From contig DASQZK010000783.1 of the NCBI GenBank assembly GCA_035638735.1, positions 1-24,800 of the forward strand: a DNA stretch of 24,800 nt. Direction: 5' to 3'. The position numbers and the translations under genes were made by a program. The stretch is from Bacteroidales bacterium (GTDB lineage Bacteria > Bacteroidota > Bacteroidia > Bacteroidales > GCA-2748055). Positions 6,975 to 16,096 of this stretch are shown here, piece by piece (position 1 is the stretch's first letter; the number at the start of each line of letters is the position of its first letter). Below the pieces are notes generated by a model. That model saw only the letters and a list, made by a program, of their open reading frames with translations. It was not told the DNA's origin and made no database searches.

Positions 6975-9845
6975 ATGCAAAAGACCTTTTCCGGCATACT
7001 GATAATATGCTTCACTTTTGTCTTTGCTCCTTTTTGGTCTTCCCTGTCGGCCCAGAAGGCGACTAAATCTTTCGTGATCAACTTCAACAAGGAAACTTAC
7101 GGGGCCGGGAGCCAGAACTGGTCCGTTTCTATCGACAGTAGCGGGATCGTATATATCGGGAACAACAAGGGACTGATGAGTTACGACGGGGCCAACTGGA
7201 ACCTTTACCGCATGCCCGACGATATGGTGGTAAGGTCGGTTGCCGCAGGTAGTGAAGAAAGGATCTATGTGGGGGCGTTTGAGGAATTTGGATATTTTTC
7301 ACCAGACGGTCATGGCGGACTGACGTATACTTCGTTGAGCAGCCTGCCCGAAAGTCAGAGTTTCCACAACGATGAAATATGGCGTATCCTGGTCCATAAC
7401 GGCAACGTATATTTTCAGTCATTCTCACATATTTATGTTTACGACGGAAAAAGGGTAAAGGTGATTGATCCCGCCGGAACCATCGTATTGCTTATGGAAG
7501 CCCGCAACCGGGTGTTCGTTCACAAAGTAGGGGATGGCCTGTACGAACTTAAAAATGATAGTCTCGTATTCGTTCCGGGAAGCGAAAAGTTTTCAGACGA
7601 TGAAATAAAGACCATACTGCCTTTTGGAAGGGATGAATTCCTTGCCGGTGCAGCTTCAGGTGGTCTGTATGTCATGGACAACCATGGGTTCAGACCCCTG
7701 GAAAAACCTGTCAATTCGATGATCAGGGATGCTGAGATCAACAACGGAATTGTCCTCGACAGTTTTCTTATCATTGGTACCATCGTTAACGGGATCTATG
7801 TTCTTAATTATGATGGAAGCCTCAGGGAACATCTAAATACAGATAATTTTCTCCAAAACAACACCATTCTGGCTCTGAAGCCTGGAATAGGACGCTCGTT
7901 CTGGGCCGGACTGGACCGGGGTATCGATTATATTAACCTGGATACCCCCCTGACCTTTTATATCGATCCATCGCTCAACAGGCGTGCTGTGTACGATGCT
8001 GCACTTACAGGCGATACACTTTGGGTAGGCACTAATCAGGGTTTGTTCCGCTATGCATACGATCCTTCCTCGGGCTATTCTCACCCCGAACTTGTGGAAG
8101 GCACCCAGGGCCAGGTGTGGGACCTTAGCGTGATTGACGGAGATTTGTACTGCGGCCATACCAACGGAACCTTTCTCATACGTAACGGAGTGCCTGTCCG
8201 TATTTCAGATGTCAACGGTGGATATGAAATCAAGAAAATTAATGCCAACGGCCACGAAATCCTTCTTCAAAGCAGTTACAGTGTGTTCTCAGTCTTTACC
8301 CGTAAAGGCAATATATGGGAATTTTCCAGGGCCATTCCAGGATTTTACGAACCCGTACCGCAATTTGAAACTGATTTTTACGGCTATATTTGGGCTTCGC
8401 ACGCCAATAAAGGTCTGTACCGATTGAAATTTGACCCGGGCTATTCACGCCTCGAGGAGACAAGATATTTCGGACAGGCCAATGGACTGCCTACAGAACG
8501 TCATATTGGCATAGCAACCGTTGATAACCGGGTAGTATTTTGTACCAGGAATAAAATTTATACGTATAACGACCTGTCCGATACCATCGTTCCTTACGAC
8601 TGGCTTAACCAGCAACTTGGTGAATTTGCTTCCTCCGGACGGATTGTAAACGTAGGCCACAACCGTTACTGGTGCGTCGATGGCAATAAGGTTGCCCTGT
8701 TTCATATTGCCAACGGAAAGAGCACCCCCATTTTTACCTACGATCTGTCCCTTCAGGGGGCTACTTTTGGCAGTGGGCAACCGGGAATTTCTGTACTGAA
8801 TAACAGCCTTTACCTCCTGTGTCTGGATAACGGATTTGCCTTGTTCGACCGGTCAGATTCATCTGCACTCGTTGCACCCGCCATGCAACCTATTATCAGG
8901 CAGGTACTGGCTTTCAACCGTAAACATAAACCTTTTCGGTTACCGGCCACTTTAAACGGAAAACAACCTGAGCTGTCCTGGGGACATAGAAATATCGGGT
9001 TTATCTATTCAACCGATCAGATCAGTGTGTCCCCTCTTTTCAGCCATCGCCTGACTGGCATCGAAAACCAGTGGTCGGAGTGGTCGGGCCGTTCAAAAGT
9101 AACCTATACCCGCTTACCTGCCGGAGATTACCGATTTGAGGTTCGTACCATGAAAACGGATGGAACCGCCAGCCAGCCCATACTTTACAGTTTTGGAATA
9201 AAACGGCCATGGTATGCCTCCCTGCTGGCCCTGCTTATTTACGGTATAATGGTGATTGCCGGAGTCGTGGTTCTTCGCATCATCTTTGTCAGGCGGGTAA
9301 GGAAGCATACCCTGCGCATGCAGACCCTTGAAATGGAAAAACGCCGACGCGACAAGATCATCGCCGAACAGGATATCGTCAGGCTCAGGAATGAAAAACT
9401 GCACGCCGAGGTGTCGCATAAAAACATCCAGCTGGCCAATTATACCATGACCATCCTTAAGAAAAACGAACTGCTGATTAAGTTGAGAGATGAAATCAGC
9501 AGGCAAAAGAAGGACCTTGGTGGCAGGTACCCGAACTATCATTACGACCGGCTTATCGCGATGATCGATTCCAATATTTCTTCTGAAGACGACTGGCAAA
9601 TCTTTGAAATGCATTTTGACCAGGCCCATGAAAATTTCTTTATGCGCCTGAAAGCCGCCTATTCCGAACTTACTCCCAGCGATCTTAAGCTTTGTGCTTA
9701 CCTTCGCCTTAATCTCACTTCCAAGGAGATTGCACCGCTGCTCAATATTTCTGTCAGGGGCGTTGAAATACGCCGATACCGTCTCAGAAAACGATTAATA
9801 CTCAATACCGAAGATAACCTCGTGGAGTTTCTCATGAATTTCTAA
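6975..9845 (+). CDS. Membrane-anchored one-component PUL regulator: periplasmic beta-propeller + Y_Y_Y domain, one TM helix, coiled coil, C-terminal LuxR-type HTH
   Basis: N-terminal signal sequence, propeller repeats (YIGNNKGL, WAGLDRG, WVGTNQGL), Y_Y_Y region (HRLTGIENQWSEW...YTRLPAGDYRFEVR), TM WYASLLALLIYGIMVIAGVVVL and HTH LTPSDLKLCAYLRLNLTSKEIAPLLNISVRGVEIRRYRLRKRL. No histidine kinase or receiver motifs. Confidence 0.88.
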   Translation: MQKTFSGILIICFTFVFAPFWSSLSAQKATKSFVINFNKETYGAGSQNWSVSIDSSGIVYIGNNKGLMSYDGANWNLYRMPDDMVVRSVAAGSEERIYVGAFEEFGYFSPDGHGGLTYTSLSSLPESQSFHNDEIWRILVHNGNVYFQSFSHIYVYDGKRVKVIDPAGTIVLLMEARNRVFVHKVGDGLYELKNDSLVFVPGSEKFSDDEIKTILPFGRDEFLAGAASGGLYVMDNHGFRPLEKPVNSMIRDAEINNGIVLDSFLIIGTIVNGIYVLNYDGSLREHLNTDNFLQNNTILALKPGIGRSFWAGLDRGIDYINLDTPLTFYIDPSLNRRAVYDAALTGDTLWVGTNQGLFRYAYDPSSGYSHPELVEGTQGQVWDLSVIDGDLYCGHTNGTFLIRNGVPVRISDVNGGYEIKKINANGHEILLQSSYSVFSVFTRKGNIWEFSRAIPGFYEPVPQFETDFYGYIWASHANKGLYRLKFDPGYSRLEETRYFGQANGLPTERHIGIATVDNRVVFCTRNKIYTYNDLSDTIVPYDWLNQQLGEFASSGRIVNVGHNRYWCVDGNKVALFHIANGKSTPIFTYDLSLQGATFGSGQPGISVLNNSLYLLCLDNGFALFDRSDSSALVAPAMQPIIRQVLAFNRKHKPFRLPATLNGKQPELSWGHRNIGFIYSTDQISVSPLFSHRLTGIENQWSEWSGRSKVTYTRLPAGDYRFEVRTMKTDGTASQPILYSFGIKRPWYASLLALLIYGIMVIAGVVVLRIIFVRRVRKHTLRMQTLEMEKRRRDKIIAEQDIVRLRNEKLHAEVSHKNIQLANYTMTILKKNELLIKLRDEISRQKKDLGGRYPNYHYDRLIAMIDSNISSEDDWQIFEMHFDQAHENFFMRLKAAYSELTPSDLKLCAYLRLNLTSKEIAPLLNISVRGVEIRRYRLRKRLILNTEDNLVEFLMNF

Positions 9846-9864
9846 TATTTCCACCGAGGGCATA

Positions 9865-9955
9865 TCTACATATTTTCTACAACTCTCCATTCTGTATCTA
9901 TTAATTGATAAATGATACCCGTATGATTACTGCGTATGATGTAGTGATGATGTAT
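9865..9955. promoter_or_regulatory. Helically phased repeats, candidate operator of the adjacent LuxR-type regulator
   Basis: TCTACA at 9865 and 9876 (11-bp period, TGTAGA on the minus strand). TGATGTA at 9937 and 9948 (11-bp period). CGTATGAT at 9920 and 9933. All lie between the regulator and the first PUL gene. Confidence 0.45.
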
Positions 9956-10073
9956 GGCTAAAAATGCTGTTTCATAACATGAAGTAATGAAGTGAAGGTA
10001 AAGATTTTCAATAAGATATATTCAAATGATAACTTGTTATTCATTGTTCTTAATGAGAAATTCTTCCCTTACT

Positions 10074-11471
10074 ATGAAAAGAAACAACAAAGCCGCTATG
10101 AAAGCGCTACTGTTTTCCGGTCTGCTTTTTTTCGTTCTAATCGTCTCATGCACCAATAGTAAGAGACCTGCAGAAGCTCCCGACCGGGAGGCTTTTCTTT
10201 CTGATCTTAAACAACGGACCTTCAATTATTTCTGGGAGCAGGTTGATATGCCGACCTGGGGAATCCCCGACCGTTATCCCAGCCGCAGGTTTACGAGCAT
10301 TGCCGCCACTGGTTTTGGTCTGACGTCATACCTGGTGGGCATTGAAAACGGGTATATCACCCGAGAGCAGGGAGCCGGGAGGGTGTTAAATACATTACGC
10401 TGGTTCTGGCATTCGAAACAGGGGCCTGAGAAATCGGGTGTGACCGGATACAAAGGTTTTTATTATCACTTTCTCACCTATGGTGATGGAGAAAGGTTTG
10501 AAAATACTGAGTTATCGACCATCGATACGGGGCTGTTAATGGCTGGGATTCTTTCCTGTCAATCTTATTTCGATGGTGATAATACTGAAGAAACCTCGAT
10601 CAGGGCCCTGGCCGATTCCCTCTACCTAAGGGTACAATGGGACTGGGCTATGAACGGATTGGATGCCATGTCGATGGGTTATCATCCCGGGCAGGGATTT
10701 CTCAAAGCTAAATGGGTGGGTTACAATGAAGCCATGGTGCTGGTCCTGATGGCTATGGGGTCACCGACACATCCTATTGGCGACAGTGCCTGGTCTACCT
10801 GGTGCAAGCCCTATGTATGGGCTGACTTTTATGGTTACGACATGATCAATTTCAGTCCCCTGTTTGGACATCAGTATTCGCAAATGTATGTTGACTTCCG
10901 GGGTATTCAGGATGCATATACTCGCTCAAAGGGCATTGATTATTTCGAAAATTCAAGAAGGGCTACTCTGGGGAACAGGGCGTATTGCATCGACAATCCC
11001 AAAGCTTATGATGGCTACTCCGATAATATATGGGGTCTGACTGCCTGCGACGGTCCGGGCCATAGTGAACAAATGACAGACCACGGCCTCAGGCAATTCT
11101 GGTCTTATCGTGCACGTGGCGCCAGCGCTATTGACACCATTGATGACGGCACCATTGCCCCGACAGCTGCAGGAGGTTCCATACCCTTTGCACCCGACGA
11201 ATGTATAAATGCCCTGATGACCATGAAAGCACAATACGGTGATTCACTATACCGGAAATATGGCTTTTGCGATGCCTTCAATATGACATATAAAACGAGT
11301 AGTGGTAAAAAAGGCTGGTTCGACGTAGATTATATAGGTATTGACCAGGGCCCCATTCTTATCCAGCTGGAAAATTATCAGACAGGACTGATCTGGGACG
11401 TGATGAAGAAAAACAAATATATCGTAGCCGGCCTCAGGAGGGCAGGTTTCAGTGGAGGATGGCTGGAGTAA
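10074..11471 (+). CDS. GH144-like (glucoamylase-family/DUF3131) beta-1,2-glucanase lipoprotein, paralog A, catalytic domain only
   Basis: Motifs QRTFNYFW, SIAATGFGL, GFYYHF, ELSTIDT, GYNE, WGLTACD, GIDQGP. Lipobox LIVS-C. Start uncertain: 10026 (track), 10074 or 10098; the latter two give normal-length signal peptides. Confidence 0.82.
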   Translation: MKRNNKAAMKALLFSGLLFFVLIVSCTNSKRPAEAPDREAFLSDLKQRTFNYFWEQVDMPTWGIPDRYPSRRFTSIAATGFGLTSYLVGIENGYITREQGAGRVLNTLRWFWHSKQGPEKSGVTGYKGFYYHFLTYGDGERFENTELSTIDTGLLMAGILSCQSYFDGDNTEETSIRALADSLYLRVQWDWAMNGLDAMSMGYHPGQGFLKAKWVGYNEAMVLVLMAMGSPTHPIGDSAWSTWCKPYVWADFYGYDMINFSPLFGHQYSQMYVDFRGIQDAYTRSKGIDYFENSRRATLGNRAYCIDNPKAYDGYSDNIWGLTACDGPGHSEQMTDHGLRQFWSYRARGASAIDTIDDGTIAPTAAGGSIPFAPDECINALMTMKAQYGDSLYRKYGFCDAFNMTYKTSSGKKGWFDVDYIGIDQGPILIQLENYQTGLIWDVMKKNKYIVAGLRRAGFSGGWLE

Positions 11472-11547
11472 ATGTTAAAAAAAACGAACAATTTATGCTT
11501 TACATCGCTTATACTCAAATTGATATAACATTCTAAACCGCCTGTCT

Positions 11548-14500
11548 ATGAATTCAAACAAAGGGTCTGGATACCTGAGGATTTTTTCAGTTATCCTGAT
11601 AATGTTGCTTATGGCTCCGGTCGTTTTTGCCCAGCAAAGGCAGATAACCGGCAAGGTGACCGATGCCGCCGATGGAAGCTCTCTGCCGGGAGTCAATGTC
11701 TTTATCAAAGGAACAACCCGGGGAGTGATTACTGATCTTAGCGGGAATTATACCATTCCTGTGAATCCCGGGGACGATACCCTTGCTTTTTCTTATGTCG
11801 GATATCAACCACAAGCCGTCCTCATTGACGATAAAACAGAAATTAATATTCAGCTCAAAGTGGAGGCTGAAGCTATAAATGAAGTAGTGGTGATAGGTTA
11901 CGGAACGGTTAAGAAAAGCGACCTTTCGGGTTCGGTAAGTTCATTAAAATCGGCCGACATCACCAAAATCACTTCTCAAAACCCGGTTCAGTCACTCTCA
12001 GGCAAAGTGGCCGGTATCCATGTCACCAGCAGCTCTGGAGCACCGGGTGCTTCACCGGTTGTAAGGATCCGGGGTGTTGGTACGTTCAATAACTCATCCC
12101 CGATTTATGTCGTCGATGGTGTTATTCTTGACGATATCTCTTTCCTGAACAGTGAAGACATTGCCTCTGTTGAGGTACTTAAAGATGCTTCGGCAACAGC
12201 TATTTACGGTTCACGTGGCGCCAACGGTGTTATCATTGTCACTACCAAGTCGGGCCAGGCAGGGACGGCAAAACCGCAGTTCAGCTTCGATGCCGAATAC
12301 AGCATCCAGCAGGTAGAGAGGAAAATTGACCTGTTGAACGGCCGGCAGTTCGCTACCATTTACAATGAAATCCAGCCGGGGAGGTTCAATAACGTCGACC
12401 TGGTTCCAAATACCAACTGGCAGGACCTGATCTTTCATACAGCTCCCCTCCAGAATTACCAGTTCTCGGTTTCGGGCGCCACAAAGGTCAATCACTATTA
12501 CGTTGGTATTGGCTATTACGGCCAGGAGGGTATTATTGACAAGTCGCTATACCAAAGGCTTTCTCTGAGGTTTAACAATACCTATAACCTGACCGACCAT
12601 ATTACCTTTGGTAACAATATCACTATTGTTCCTTTCAAACAGCGCAATGCCCCCAATGTGACCTATGCTGCTTACCGGGCCCAGCCTGTTTTTACACCTT
12701 ACAATCAGGATGGAAGTTATGCTGAGGTCGAGAATGTGGGCAACCCCCTGGCTGACCTGCATTATTCTCATAATTTCAACAAAGGCGTCAGGGGTGTCGG
12801 TAATATCTACGGACAGGCTGTCATATTTAAGATCCTGACACTTAAATCGAGCTTTGGTGTTGATGCCAATATGGAAAGACCGTTGAATTTCACACCCGCT
12901 TTCCATGTTTCACCCCAGCAGGAAAATGTACTGAGTGACTTATCCAAGGGGCTGAACCAGAGGTTCTCCTGGCTTTGGGAGAACACGGTTACACTGCAGA
13001 AAACATTTGACCAGCATTCTATTAATGCTGTAGCCGGATATACAATGCAGCGTTACAGCTCGGAAATAATTAATCTTCCGGGTGAGAACCTGATCAGGGA
13101 TCAGAGCCAGTTCTGGTACGTGTCGCCCTCGAACATATATGATCCGTCCAATGGTGTGAACACCATACAGGACATTTTCGATGGGGTAGACAATAACCTG
13201 TACTATTCGATGATATCTTATCTTTTCAGGGCAAATTACACTTATAAACAGAGATACATTCTCACCTTTACCTACCGGCGCGACGGTTCCTCCAAGTTCG
13301 CTTCCGGTAACCGTTATGGTGATTTTCCGTCGGGGGCCATTGCCTGGAATGTTTCCCGTGAACCTTTCATGGATAATTTAGAGTTTATCAGCAATCTGAA
13401 GATAAGGGCAAGCTACGGTCTTATAGGAAATGAAAAGATCCAGTACCTGGAACGTTATAACCAGGTAGATCAAAGCCTCCTGGCGGTCTTCGGTATAAAT
13501 GAATCGGCGAATTCTGCGGCTACCTTCGGCCGTAGTGGAAATCCGGGTCTGCACTGGGAGAATACCAAACAGGCCGATGTGGGTGTCGAGATTGGTGCAT
13601 TGAAAAACAAGTTGACGGGTGAGTTTGATTATTATCACCGTAAGACCAATGATATTCTAATTGCTCTGCAGATTCCGGCCATCCTGGGCAACGGTGGCGA
13701 CAAGAAATCATTTAATGCCGCACAGGTACTCAATTCAGGTTTTGAATATAAAGTTGAGTGGCGTGACCGTATAGGCGATTTCAATTACAGCGTAGGACTG
13801 GTAGGGTCCACTGTTCATAACGAAGTGCTGGCCATTGGTGGGTCGAGCGGTTCCGACTCGGTTTTGATCGGTGGTTTCCTGGGTAACGGCATTCCGGTTA
13901 CCCAGAGCAGGGTAGGCCTTCCCATTGGTGCTTTCTATGGTTATGAGACCAACGGGATATTTCAATCCCAGCCAGAACTGGATTCGTATCCCCACTTATC
14001 CAATGCCGGCGTTGGAGATTTACGTTTTGTGAATACGAATCATGATAAGGTGCTCGACGGGAAGGACAGGACTTATATCGGGTCGCCCATTCCGGATGTG
14101 ATTTTCGGCCTAAATATTACGGGTGAATATAAAGGTTTTGACCTGGCCCTGGATTTCCAGGGACAGTATGGCAATAAGATATTTAACGCCAAGGAGGTTG
14201 TCAGGCCCGATCCTTATAATTTTGAAGCCCATGTGTTCGACCGTTGGACCGGTCCGGGAACGAGTACTACCGAACCACGGCCATCGTTTGGCGGTTATAA
14301 CTACATTCCTTCCGACAGATTTATACAGGATGGCTCTTATTTACGTCTCAGGACTTTCGTGCTGGGCTACAGTCTGCCGGCCTCCCTGTTGGCCAAAATG
14401 CCTATCGACAGGCTCAGAATCTACCTGAAAGGGACCAACCTTTATACTCTAACCCAATTTACCGGTTATTCACCCGATATCGCGAGCAGTGATGTGATAT

Positions 14501-14571
14501 CCAACGGCATTGACAGTGGTACATATCCAGTTACCAGGCTTTATTCAATCGGACTAAACATTTCCTTTTAG
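11548..14571 (+). CDS. susC: SusC/RagA-family TonB-dependent outer-membrane transporter
   Basis: Signal peptide, N-terminal extension QITGKVTDAADGSSLPGVNVFIKGT, EVVVIGYG, PIYVVDG, plug signature DIASVEVLKDASATAIYGSRGANGVIIVTTK and C-terminal YPVTRLYSIGLNISF. The symbol denotes the family. Confidence 0.97.
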   Translation: MNSNKGSGYLRIFSVILIMLLMAPVVFAQQRQITGKVTDAADGSSLPGVNVFIKGTTRGVITDLSGNYTIPVNPGDDTLAFSYVGYQPQAVLIDDKTEINIQLKVEAEAINEVVVIGYGTVKKSDLSGSVSSLKSADITKITSQNPVQSLSGKVAGIHVTSSSGAPGASPVVRIRGVGTFNNSSPIYVVDGVILDDISFLNSEDIASVEVLKDASATAIYGSRGANGVIIVTTKSGQAGTAKPQFSFDAEYSIQQVERKIDLLNGRQFATIYNEIQPGRFNNVDLVPNTNWQDLIFHTAPLQNYQFSVSGATKVNHYYVGIGYYGQEGIIDKSLYQRLSLRFNNTYNLTDHITFGNNITIVPFKQRNAPNVTYAAYRAQPVFTPYNQDGSYAEVENVGNPLADLHYSHNFNKGVRGVGNIYGQAVIFKILTLKSSFGVDANMERPLNFTPAFHVSPQQENVLSDLSKGLNQRFSWLWENTVTLQKTFDQHSINAVAGYTMQRYSSEIINLPGENLIRDQSQFWYVSPSNIYDPSNGVNTIQDIFDGVDNNLYYSMISYLFRANYTYKQRYILTFTYRRDGSSKFASGNRYGDFPSGAIAWNVSREPFMDNLEFISNLKIRASYGLIGNEKIQYLERYNQVDQSLLAVFGINESANSAATFGRSGNPGLHWENTKQADVGVEIGALKNKLTGEFDYYHRKTNDILIALQIPAILGNGGDKKSFNAAQVLNSGFEYKVEWRDRIGDFNYSVGLVGSTVHNEVLAIGGSSGSDSVLIGGFLGNGIPVTQSRVGLPIGAFYGYETNGIFQSQPELDSYPHLSNAGVGDLRFVNTNHDKVLDGKDRTYIGSPIPDVIFGLNITGEYKGFDLALDFQGQYGNKIFNAKEVVRPDPYNFEAHVFDRWTGPGTSTTEPRPSFGGYNYIPSDRFIQDGSYLRLRTFVLGYSLPASLLAKMPIDRLRIYLKGTNLYTLTQFTGYSPDIASSDVISNGIDSGTYPVTRLYSIGLNISF

Positions 14572-14573
14572 AT

Positions 14574-16061
14574 ATGAAAAAGATCAGATATACCATAACA
14601 GCTTTTCTCCTGGTACTTATTCTTTTGCCGGGGTGTGAGGACTTTCTGAACACAGAACTCCAGGGCAACCTTACCCAGGAGACTTTCCCGACCACGGCTG
14701 GTGATGCCTTGCTGGCTAACAATGCCGTCTATGCTTCACTGCGGGAATGGAATTACAATTCGGGAGGATACCCGATACTGGACATCATGTCGGATGATGC
14801 CCGAAAGGGAAGCAACACCAACGACCAGGTGGCAAACCTGGGTCCTTATAATAATTTCACTATTACAACCACCCAGGACGGCCTCGACCGCTGGTGGACA
14901 AATCTTTACCAGGGCATTAAACGTGCGAATGTGGTCATCAATATCGTTTCCACGATCGATATGGATACCACCCTCAGGAATCGCTATGTTGCTGAAGCCA
15001 GATTTTTACGGGGATTGTTCTATTTCGACCTGGTCAGAGCCTGGGGGGAAGTTCCTGTTATTACAAGTGAAAATCCGCCGGTGCACGTTCCTAAATCACC
15101 AGTTGATGATGTCTATAGCCTCATCAGGAGTGATCTCAACTATGCGGTTACTCATCTACCCCTGAGAAGCGAATACCAGGGCAACGATATCGGAAGGGCA
15201 ACAAAAGGAGCCGCCAAATCTCTGCTGGCCAAAGTTTACCTGTTCGATCACGATTTTGTCAATGCCGGGAAATATGCTCTGGAGGTGATCAATTCCGATG
15301 AGTATGGTCTTGAGCCGGTTTTCACCGATGCCAATGGTGTTAACGGCGAACACGGCACGGAGTCTGTTTTCGAAGTAGGTGCCCTTGAAGTGAGCGGTGG
15401 CGGAGGCCCCGGGAACCAGTATGCTAACACGCAGGGTGTAAGAGGAACACCGAACAGGGGATGGGGATTTAACCGACCTTCCCTCGACCTTCGAAATTCT
15501 TTTGAGTCTGGTGACCCCAGGCTGAAAGGCACTATTATAGACCTTGGCGATACCATTGACGGGATAAAGATCCTGGGTGACGGCCCTACACCCGATGAAT
15601 TGCGTGACAGCCAGGGGAACCTTATCGAAGTGGAGTGTTACAGCCGGAAAGTATGGATGCCCGGCACCAGCACTATCGAAGAATGGGGATACAATCGCAG
15701 GATCATCAGGTACGCCGACGTATTGCTCATGGCCGCCGAAGCCCTCAACGAGAATGACAAACCAGGCCAGGCGCTTATTTATCTTAACAAAGTGAGGGAA
15801 AGAGCCAGACAGGGTAACACCCAGATCCTTCCTGATATTACCGAAACCAATAAAGACAGCCTGCGTGATATCATTCTCGAGGAACGGCGGCACGAACTGG
15901 CTATGGAAGGACAACGCTTCTGGGACCTGGTGCGTACCGGCAAAGCACAGGACGTGCTCGGTCCACTTGGCTATACATCCAAATATGAAACGCTTCCTAT
16001 ACCGCAAAATGAAATTGATATTTCACAAGGATCATTAGTGCAAAACCCGAATTGGCAATAA
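14574..16061 (+). CDS. susD: SusD/RagB-family glycan-binding lipoprotein
   Basis: Lipobox LPG-C, AEARFLRGLFYFDLVRAWGEVP, RIIRYADVLLMAAEALNE, ERRHELAMEGQRFWDLVR. Starts 2 nt after susC. The symbol denotes the family. Confidence 0.96.
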   Translation: MKKIRYTITAFLLVLILLPGCEDFLNTELQGNLTQETFPTTAGDALLANNAVYASLREWNYNSGGYPILDIMSDDARKGSNTNDQVANLGPYNNFTITTTQDGLDRWWTNLYQGIKRANVVINIVSTIDMDTTLRNRYVAEARFLRGLFYFDLVRAWGEVPVITSENPPVHVPKSPVDDVYSLIRSDLNYAVTHLPLRSEYQGNDIGRATKGAAKSLLAKVYLFDHDFVNAGKYALEVINSDEYGLEPVFTDANGVNGEHGTESVFEVGALEVSGGGGPGNQYANTQGVRGTPNRGWGFNRPSLDLRNSFESGDPRLKGTIIDLGDTIDGIKILGDGPTPDELRDSQGNLIEVECYSRKVWMPGTSTIEEWGYNRRIIRYADVLLMAAEALNENDKPGQALIYLNKVRERARQGNTQILPDITETNKDSLRDIILEERRHELAMEGQRFWDLVRTGKAQDVLGPLGYTSKYETLPIPQNEIDISQGSLVQNPNWQ

Positions 16062-16096
16062 TAAATTTTTTGTTAAATCTTTAATCTACTTGACTT

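Noticed and set aside
15156-16007. 283-aa minus-strand ORF, the longest alternative frame
   Set aside because: It lies entirely antisense to susD, has no motif and shows low-information composition. The other short overlapping ORFs in the track (e.g. 685..1143, 9114..9629, 14701..15165, 22700..23128) are rejected for the same reason.
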